From Eledone cirrhosa (taxonomy: Eukaryota), in NCBI GenBank assembly GCA_964016885.1, contig OZ024740.1:306094001-306158000 (forward strand): a stretch of 64,000 bases of DNA, read 5' to 3'. A program made the translations under genes and the position numbers. The notes under the pieces are model-generated. The model saw only the letters and a list, made by a program, of their open reading frames with translations, searched no databases and was not told the DNA's origin. This document shows positions 22,784 to 33,500 of this stretch, in pieces; position 1 is the stretch's first letter; every line of letters begins with the position of its first letter.

Positions 22784-25700
22784 TTAATTAGAAAGTGAAA
22801 ACACAAAATATAACTAATCCATTACCAAAGGTTTCTGGATCCCAGACAATAATAATATACGTCTGGATCGGTCGTCATACAGAGATGTTATGGATAAAAA
22901 CTATGAAATGAGATTTAAAATCTGTTAAAAATTGGAAGTGAGACTGGAAAAATAGCGGGAAATATACATAAGAAAAGACGGGTAAGAAAAATAAAATATA
23001 AAAATATATAGCAATATAGAAAAAGACGTGTGCATACATATACACACACATAGACACATTCAGATAAAAGTAAAATATATATATATATGTATATATACAT
23101 ACATGGGCATACGTTAAGACGGGCGTTCGGGAAAGTGAAAGTAATTTTGACAACACAATGAAAGTTACGATACACACGCAATTGTATGGATTTTTTAATA
23201 TATATATATATGTGGGTGTGTATATACATGTGCGTGTGAGTATATGTATGTATATATATGTATGTGAGCGTGTGTATATATGTGTGTGTGTGTGTGTGTA
23301 TATATATATGTGAGTGTGTGTATATATATGTGAGTGTGTGTATATATATGTGCGTGTGAGTATATATATATATATATATGTGTGTGAGTACGCAATACTA
23401 ATTAACACCATATCACTATAGAGACCTGTTGTAAATAAACAACACGCAATACTAATTAACACCATATCACTATAGAGACCTGTTGTAAATAAACAAACAA
23501 ATTCAGTGTACACACATATTTACAACAGGTCTCTATAGTGATATGGTGTTAATTAGTATTGCGTACTCACACACATATATATATATACTCACATGCACAT
23601 ATATATACACACTCACATATATATACACACACACACACACCCTCACACACATATATACACACGCTCACATACATATATATACTCACACGCACATATATAT
23701 TAAGAAATCCATACAATTGCGTGTGTATCGTAACTTTCATTGTGTTGTCAAAATTACTTTCACTTTCCCGAACGCCCGTCTTAACGTATGCCTACATATA
23801 CACACACACATATACTATATATATATATATATAAGTATGTATACAGACGTACAGTAGTATGTATATACATACATGCACACATATATATGTACGTATGGGT
23901 TTACCGAACATTTATTATAATGTTCGGTTTGTTTGTAAACAAACAGCTCGAATTATTAGCCGTACAGTGTTCGGCAACCATCGTTGCCATTTTGTCCAGC
24001 ACTGACAAAGGAACGATGAACTAGTTTCTAGATTATTAGCTGTCATCAGCAGCGTATACCTACCTGTCAGTTGATTGAACATTTGAAAATATATACTTTC
24101 CTTATGCATATTAACGGCTGAGCAGCCTAATTTGCATATCGAGTGAGTTAGTCGGCCGGGCGTACCGAAAACGATAAATGAAAAAAATGAAATTTCATTT
24201 CTCACTATAGTACGGCTGATACTTAAATATAAGTATGTATACGTAAATACATATATGTATACAGACGTACAGTAGTATATATATACATACATCATCATCA
24301 TCATCATCATCATCGTTTAACGTCCATGTTCCACGCTTGCATGGGTTTGGACGGGAGTTTTCCCACTTGAGGCAAGAGTGGTTGTCTTGCTCGCATAGGA
24401 CTGTCTGGCGGGTTTTCTACAGCTGGATGCCCTTCCTAACACCAACCACAGTTACAGTGTGGGACTGGGAGGTTTTTACCGTGTTGCCTACACGGCCACA
24501 TTACAGCATGGACTGTGTGTTTTTTTTTGTCGTGACACCTACACAATCTCATTTGTTTCGGCCTGGATGTTGTGGCACCAACATAACTTTACATAGAAAG
24601 GGGCGGTGTGGATGGGGTGGGGGTGGTGGGACGGGGGTGTATTTTGTTAGAGATGCCTACTGACTGTAGTAGGTTTTACTTTGTATTTAGGTAAGGCGGG
24701 TCTTCTCTATTACTGAGTACCGCCAAAGATCTCGGTCCAGTGACATTGTCTTGGAGAGGTGTGTGTGAGGTCGGAATTTATCAGGTCGTCCCAGGTTTTT
24801 CTGGGTCTGCCTACTCCGTGGCTACCGTCTATCTTTATTACCCTGCACTTTGTTATACAGCTATCGACTTTCATGCGCATCACGTGTCCATACCAACGTA
24901 GCCTTCTCTCGAGTAAACAACATCTGATCCCTCTTATTTCTAATTTTTTCCTTAGTTCGTTTATGCTTTGCCGTTCACGTATATTACTGTTACACATCCA
25001 GCGGAGCATGCAAGCTTCGTTCCTCTCTAGTCTGCGTATATCCTCTGCACACAATGCCCAGATCTCACTGCCATGCAACATTGCTGTTCGTATGCAGGCA
25101 TCGTACAACCTGCCTTTCATTTTTAGGGAGAACCCTTTAGCAGCTAATAGTGGTATAAGCTCTCTGAACTTTTTCCAACCAGTTCTGACTCTAGCTACTG
25201 TACTTTCAGAGCACCCTCCCCCACTGCTGATTTTATCGCCCAGGTAACGGAAGCTGTCCACTATTTCTATAGAACCCTCTGCGCAATTGAAAGAGCTAGT
25301 ATTTTGTGGGCACTTGCTGCTACTTATTGCACCAGAGCACCGGCCACATGTAAAATCTATGTTCTTAGTTAGCTTACCTGTGATCCCACTACATGTTTTA
25401 TGCACCCATACTTTGCATTTAGGACATAAAATGGAGTTTCTACCTACGCCTTTCCTACACACTGAGCATGACCATTTCCCAGAAGGGACCGCCGCCTTAT
25501 TTTCTTTCCTACAAACTAGAACTTTAGTCTTAGCCAGGTTAATTTTAAGTCCTTTTGATTCTAGGCCGTGCTTCCATGTTTGGAATTTCTTCTCTAGCTC
25601 GGCCATTGATTCAGCTATGAGTGTCAGGTCGTCTGCGTATAGGAGTTCCCATGGGCAGCCGGTCTTGAACTCCTCTGTTATAGCCTATATATATATATAA

Positions 25701-26746
25701 TGCTAACACCCACCGTACCACATACACACACCAGTACATTACACTCACTCATACTGTCCCCAGCAATTTCTCCCCCCACACACACACACATCCCACTAAC
25801 ACCTCCACTAATATACACACACACCCCACACACACCACCAACCTCTCCCTCAACCTTTCACACATACCCATCCTCTCCCCTGTCCACCGCACCTCCGCAC
25901 ACACATACACACACATACAGACCATCCCTAATACCCGTCTGTCTGCCTCCTCCTTACTGCCTTCATCCCTACCACTGCCTGTCTGTCACCCTCCTACTGC
26001 TATCCCCTCTCTCCCGCATCCTTCGCCCTGCCTTGACCCTCTTGACCACTTCCTGTTGCGCGCGCACCTCACAACCCTCTACTTCCTCCGCACCATTCCA
26101 CGAATTCTACACCACTGGTCACACCGCTCCAGACATCCCACCCTGTTATACTTGGATTTCTCACCATCTCTTCTACACTCTGTAGGAAAACATTCAGGAA
26201 CACACGCACACACACAACCATACATCCACACCACACAAAAACACACACACGTGCGTATCCTCACATGCACATACTCAGTCTCCAGACCCTGCACGCCCCT
26301 TCTCCCCCACCCCCTCTGACCCCCTCTCCATCCACACACACACACACTGGTCTTCCTATTACTCGAACATGGAACCTCGTTCTTCCCCAAACTCTCACAC
26401 TCACATCCACACACAAACGTACACCTACACATACACCTTCCGCCCTCCCCGCTCGAACCCCCTGTCTCCCTCGCCTCTCTCCTCCCAACCCCCCACCCCC
26501 ACATCCTTTCACCACTTGTTTCATTTTAATTTTTTTACCCTCTTAATAATTTTTTTTCCTTCCCTTCATTTCCCCCTGTTTTAATGTCTTTCCACTACTC
26601 CCCCTCACACCCTCGGAACTCTTTTCCTTCCCACTTTTCTCCTGATGAAGGGCTTATGCCCTAAAGCCCCCCCCCCCATTCTCCAGTGTGAACCTAATAC
26701 TAACACTTTGTACTGCACTCTTCACTATTGTTTTTGTTTTGTGTTT

Positions 26747-26785
<39 letters not shown>

Positions 26786-27127
26786 TTTTTGCTTTGTTTT
26801 ACAAGATTTCTTAACTGAAAACGTGTGTTGAAACAGATATTGTTATAGTTTGGGAGGGTCATGCGGCCAATAAAAACACACGCACCTGTTGGTTTTCACT
26901 TCAATTTATTACAAATTTCCTGTTGTTTGGTTTAATAGCTGGATGGTGGTTTATTTATTGTCAAAGCTCTTTCGTCACACATTGTGACCTCCTCAGTGAC
27001 TAATTTGTTATTTTGTCTCTCTCCTTTGTTCTGTCCTACACCATCAGTTTTCCAATTCATAGCTGAAGGTTTTCAAAATATTTATTTATAAACATACCGT
27101 ATATCGATAGATATAAAAAGTACTCAT

Positions 27128-27159
<32 letters not shown>

Positions 27160-27535
27160 TTACACTTACACATATATATGTATCTAACCCATGCTAGCGT
27201 GGAAGAGAGACATTAAATGATGATGATGTATGCACATATATATATGTCTGTGTGTGTATATATATATATGACTAAGGTTCTTGTAAGTAGATGAGAAAAC
27301 AGAAACCAGATCCCCTCAGGGAATCGGCCTTGCTCAGTATGTAGGAAAGGTGTAGGTAGGAACTCCATCCTCTGCCCCAAATGCAAACAATGGGTACACA
27401 AGAGATGTAGTGGGATCTCAGGAAGCTTGACTAAGAATGTAGGCTTCATATGTAGCAGCTGGACACTGCCCACAACAGGACAACCCGTCTAACCCATGCT
27501 AGCATGGAAGAACAGATGTAAAATGGTGATGATTG

Positions 27536-27566
<31 letters not shown>

Positions 27567-30500
27567 ATATATATATATTAATAAAAGGAATTCCAACTTT
27601 GTCTGATTTACTCGTTTTATTTACAATCCTTTAAAATTATAATGATATTATAATGAAATAGTATGGTAGAATATTAAATGTTAAGTGTTAATTGAACAAG
27701 TACTTTCATGCTTTCGCAATCTTCAGGTTCATATTCAGTGGTGACAGTCAAGTTTGCAATTTTCAACTGTGAAAATTGCAAACTGGACTGTCACCACTGA
27801 ATATGAACCTGAAGATTGCGAAAGCATGAAAGTACTTGTTCAATTAACACTTAACATTTAATATTCTACCATACTATTTCATTATAATATCATTATAATT
27901 TTAAAGGATTGTAAATAAAACGAGTAAATCAGACAAAGTTGGAATTCCTTTTATTAATATAATCTTCTATACACACCCGTGTATATTTATTTATATATAA
28001 ATATCGATATATATATATTTCGTTTCTGAATTTGTTTAACAAGATTCTTTATCTGAAAACGTGTGTTGAAAACCTATATTGTTATGCTTTGGGAGGGTCA
28101 TGTTGCCAATAAGAAACACATGCACCAGTTGCTTTCACTTCAATTTATTATAAATTAAATTTATAAATTTAGGAATTTATAAATTTCCAGTTGGTTGGTT
28201 CCACAACCAGACGATTATTCATATATTGTCAAAGTTCTTTCGTCACACATTCTGTGACCTCTTCAATGACTGGGGGATTCTTTTCTTTGTTTTTGTGCCT
28301 CTCCTTTGTTCTCTCCTACGCCATCTTGTTTTCGTGTGTGTTGTGTGCTTAGTTTGCGCATGTGTTACATCCGAATGTCTGTGTGTGTTTATATTTGTTT
28401 ATTTGTTTGTTTATTTACATGTTACTGGTTGGTTGTTTGTTCTATTTGTGTGTGTGTTTTCATTTTGTCCTTAATTGTAAGTTGTGATGTTGCTATTCCA
28501 TTCATGTTTTCTATTTAATTTTGGTTGGAGTTCATTTATGTTTATTGCCTCTGTGATTTGTCTAAACATTGCGTCTTTTCTGTGTGTAGATTCTATTTTT
28601 ATTTCTATGTTCTCTAATTTGCCCTTATGTTCTATTTTAGATTGTTGGTGGAGTACAGATGATTCTTTACTATCTTGAAGCTCTCGCCAGTGTTCATTTA
28701 TCCGTTCTCCTATACTACGAGCTGTCTCACCTATGTACACTATATTCTTATCTCTACATTGTCCTTCAGTACATCTTATACTATATACTACATTTCTAGT
28801 TGTACAGTTAATATGGGGGCTTAGTTTACAGATTATATATTTCTTATCTATACAGGGAGGTCTTTGAAAAGGGTATGTATTGCTAATAAGTGTTTTTATG
28901 GAGGTACCTGGTCTTTCTACTATCTTAATATTGAGTTTATGTTTATCTAGCGCCCTTCTAAATTTGTAAGCTAATTCACCTCTAGGGGTTGTATTGATGA
29001 ACATTACACTCTGGTATTTATTGCTATCATACCATGAGTTTATTCTATTAACCTTATTCCTAGTTCTTTCTATTCTATTCCAAAATTTGCTTCTATACAA
29101 GGGGCAGATCCCATTTGTATCATTATTTACCATTTTTTCCCATTTGGTTCTGGCTCCTCTATATAATCTGATTTTATCTCTCTGATTGTAACCAGAGAAC
29201 TGCATATGGTGGATGAAGTGTTGTATGTGTCTCTCTAGTTCTTTGGGGTTGCACATGCGGGACACGTTTCTCATCACCCGTACCAAATCCGCAATCAGTA
29301 TGTTGATTTTGGTATGGTCCGAAACAGCTGAGTTTCGGTGGATCATGGGTTTGGCATAATGGGAATGGAGGATTTGTTTTTTGTTATTAATGGTATCTAA
29401 CCAGAACTCTGTGTCTAGTACAGGTAATCGATGGGTGTTTGCTTGGGTAGTCTATAGTAACTCTAATACTCTGGTGGATGGAGTTAGCTATTTGCTGGAT
29501 GCTTTCCATGGTGTTTTTCTCTAATTCCTGACTGTTCTCAAGTGGGGGTGTTTTTACTACGATGTTTATATCATCAACGTAGCGGGAGTACATTATCAGG
29601 GTTAAGCAACTGGTGCGTGTGTTTCTTATTGGCAACATGACCCTCACAAAGCATAACAATATATATATATATATATATCCATCATTAAACACTCCTTCCA
29701 GTGGGTCAGGTCAGAAGCAACCATTTCTAACTGATCTGGCTGGATCCCCAAGCCAGTCCAGCCAAGCTCATGGATGTTATCCAACCATCTTGCTCAGGGT
29801 CTACCCCTGAATCTCCTGCCAGTTGGTTTTGCCCATAATATCACTCCAGCGATTCTTTCCTGAGACATTTTAACCACATGTCCATTATCTTACTAATTCT
29901 TGTTTTATTAACTATGGAAGAAATAAAGACATTACCAATTTTAGTAAGATTTGAACTTAGAACACACATGGACTTAAATTAATAAAAGCCACTCAACAAT
30001 GCAAAGCTGAAGGAAAATATATTTATTTAAAATTTTGACTTGAACTGAAGCATTTTCAAAAATTTTGTGACATACACAGTTGTAATATTTAACTCCTGTA
30101 AATGAATTTTTTGGTAGTTGAGAAACTCATGATGATTGTTCATCTGTGGTTGCAGACACATAATAAGTATAGCTTCTTTTATACTAGAGTACTGTCAATA
30201 TCAACATTGGTGATAGAAATATAACTTCTCCATTTTAAAAGCAGCAGAGATTTTTTTAACATATGTTTATAAAACTTGATTCTACTGTCTATTTTGGATT
30301 AGGAAATATAGTTTTTATTAACTCTAGGTCAGCCTGATTTTACAGACTTCTGATCAAAGGCATTCCAGCTGTAATTATCTTTTTAGGTTGTTGTTGTTTT
30401 TTGACATATCAGTGACACTTTTATTATATACCAAACTTATATCTATAGCTTTCTTGTTATGTCTGAGGCATTACATTTATTCCAAACATTTTTGTTGATA

Positions 30501-33500
30501 CTGTTATTGTTACTAATCTATTATCATTTTTTTTTAATGCTATAGGCATATATCCGTGGTTTCATTGTTCGAAACCGCATGAAAAAACTAAGAGCAGAAT
30601 TTGAGGAAATTATGGAAGAAATTGATCCCAATGAAAATTTTCATGTTGTTTGGAAAAGAGACTTTTTATGCCTACCAGAAATTTCTTCAAAGAAAGCAAG
30701 TTGTTGTAAAGCATTCCAGTTGAATTCTAAATCACATAAGATTAAACCTCCTAAACTTCTAACTAAACCAGAGAACCATATGATTGCTGAAAATTTTAAC
30801 CAAATATCTTCAAAAGTATCTTCTAATTTTGCTAAAGAATTCTCAACATCAAACTCCTTAAACCAATGTTCAAACAGTCAAACATCTACAAGTAACACAA
30901 AATGTTGCAATACACAAGGAATTCATTACAGAAGAGAGAAAGAATTACATAAAAATGAAGAAATGGTTGAAACAGATGAGAATCATTTTAGAGAAGATTC
31001 TATTGAGTCTGAGCAACCAAAGAAAGAAAGAAAAACTTCTACTTTTACACCCCTTGACTGTTCAACTTTGACTGATGTCACATCAGTTTGGGACAGTGAC
31101 TCAGGTAAATATATATTTATATTGGAGTCACATAAATGGCAGAGTGTCTGGTTAAATATTTTGTGATATTGAGTTCTGTTTTTTTATATACTACCTATGG
31201 TTATCCTGATAAAGTTGACTTTACTTTTCATACTTCCTTAGTTGATAAAATAAGTGCCATTGGAGTATTGGCAAATACACACTCCCTCCACCATTTTCTT
31301 AGTTAGATGTGTTCTGAGTTCATATCCTGTTGAGGTCAACTTTGTTTTCATCCTTTTGGAATTGATAAAATAAAGAACTACCCTTCTCTGGAAGAAATCT
31401 GTTGTGTTCAAACCTGGAGAGGATTAGACGCCACTAGGTTTTAAAATGCCCTAGAAATGCTGTATGTCTATACAGTGCCCCTTCTACTCTCTCAGGAGTT
31501 ACAGGACCATACGTATATATCTACATATATTTAGATTCAGGACTTGTGGTTAAACCAGCTTCTAATAAGGAACAAACTGACTAGTTTTGTTTCATTAAAA
31601 AGTTGCTTACTTCTTCCCTTACAAATAGTTATTAAACAACTATTTATTAAAATGTAAACATGATTAAGACTGGCACAACTCATTTACATAATGTGTATAA
31701 AGTTGATGGCCTAACATTAATTACTAATACAGTGTTATTTAATAAACATATATTGAACAAAACATTGGTTCTGCACCTTCACAGTTAAGTGGTTAGAAGA
31801 AAAAAGAGAATCTAGCTGTTATAAAAAATATGCTTCAACAAATATACTACTAGCCTCTCCATGTAAATATGGAAAATAAATGTAAAGACAAATGAATAAT
31901 CAAAGAAGGGTTTCTCCCTGTGTACAAAAGGATGGTTATATGATGCTTGTGTGAGATGCGCGATGCTGCATGATAATGAGACATGGGCAGCAACTGCAGA
32001 AGATATGCGACGGCTGGAGAGAAATGAAGCAAGTATACTCCGTTGGATGTGCAATGTCAATGTGTGTGGATGACCAAGCATAGACGAGTTGAGAAAGAAA
32101 CTGGGTATAAGAGGGATAAGTTGTGGTGTGCAGGAGAGAAGTCTGAGATGGTATGGACATGTGATGCGCATGGAGGATGACCGATGGGTGAAGAAGTGCC
32201 AGGAAGTCCCAGTAGAAGGAAGACACAGTAGGGGTAGACCACGTAAAACATGGGCGGAGGTGGTGAGAGCAGACCTCAGATCGTTGAAATTCACCGAGGA
32301 GATGACGAAGGACCGTGACAAATGGAGAGATGCTGTGCTGAATAGGACCCATCCAACCCTTGCAAGCAGGGGAAAGCGGACGTAAAATGATGATGATGAT
32401 ATGTTAGAGTACATTCATGTCACTTATCAACATTAAAGTATTCTCTGTCTCTCTATGTACACATACTCACAGGTCTCGAATAATCGCCACCTCCCACCAC
32501 CCCCTTATTAATTTTTCAGATTTTTTCAAATCCCCCTCCTTTATTCCAGCCCCCACATATTAAATTTTGCTAATCTATCTCTGGCGAAATTTTATTTTAA
32601 GTGGTAGCATTCTTGTGACAATTGATTTTTTTTTATACATTAAAAAAAATTTACACATGACAAAAAAAAAGAACATTGCAAGAAATCCCATACATTATAA
32701 AATAAATATCATGGGTTAGGATGGGGGTCTCAATACGTAAACTAAACGACTAATTCTGGTTTTTAAAACAATCAACGGAGACAACCTAAAAAATTACCGA
32801 TTTTCCACCCCCAATCCCCACTCATTCCAACACCCCCTATTATTTGGGACCCAAGAGTACACTTTGTTGTGATATTGTATGAATATAATATAGTGTGGTA
32901 TATGTTATATACCATATACTGTAATGTCTATAATATCCCGTTTACTTTTTTTCTCATCATAAAGCAAATGACTCTCTGGATGATAACAATTCCTCAGAAA
33001 CCATAAACTCTCTGCTACAAGACAGACAGAGTTTGGTCATGGAGTTAGTGTGGATACAACAGGCAATATCAAGTCGGAAAAATGTGAGTTAGCATCTTCA
33101 GCATCAATAAAAGACAGTTAATAACATTTGTAAAATAAGTTTATGTGCCATGAGAAGAATTGAATTTTGTTGTCTCAGGCATGGCTCTTTATGTGGTAAA
33201 TAGGTTACTGAATGCACACTTCTTGGAGATATGTGTATGTGTGTTGTAGTTATAGATGTATAAATATATGTATTCAATGATATATGACACCAGAGACCTA
33301 TTTATAATATACCTACATGTCCTTGGTGGATAAAGTGTCAGACTCTGAAGCAGATAAAGGATATTCATATTGTGATATTAACTCTTTTCTCTGGCTACTG
33401 CATCTAACTTACATATCGTCATACATTCTCTTAAGTGCAGAGGAGAAGTTGTCAGGTCTTTTGACACAAACTGAAGGGTCCTTCTAACTCCTTGTTTGGC

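Noticed and set aside
22875-24313. YIYI/HTHT-rich ORFs (also 11740-12044, 47174-47611, 48324-48627 and 51432-51735)
   Set aside because: Translations of (TA)n and (CA)n microsatellites.
24608-24640. G-quadruplex-like run (also 10045-10072 and 6821-6890)
   Set aside because: Part of the RTE 3' UTR or simple purine tracts; nothing indicates a locus-specific function.
25700-26584. Pro/His/Thr-rich overlapping ORFs
   Set aside because: C/A-rich low-complexity block open in several frames; no splice signals or recognisable motifs.
4108-28270. Functional link between archease (RtcB cofactor) and nearby hammerheads, whose cleavage ends are RtcB substrates
   Set aside because: Biochemically suggestive, but Penelope-derived hammerheads are expected to be dispersed in such genomes. 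Proximity alone is no evidence without a genome-wide density comparison.
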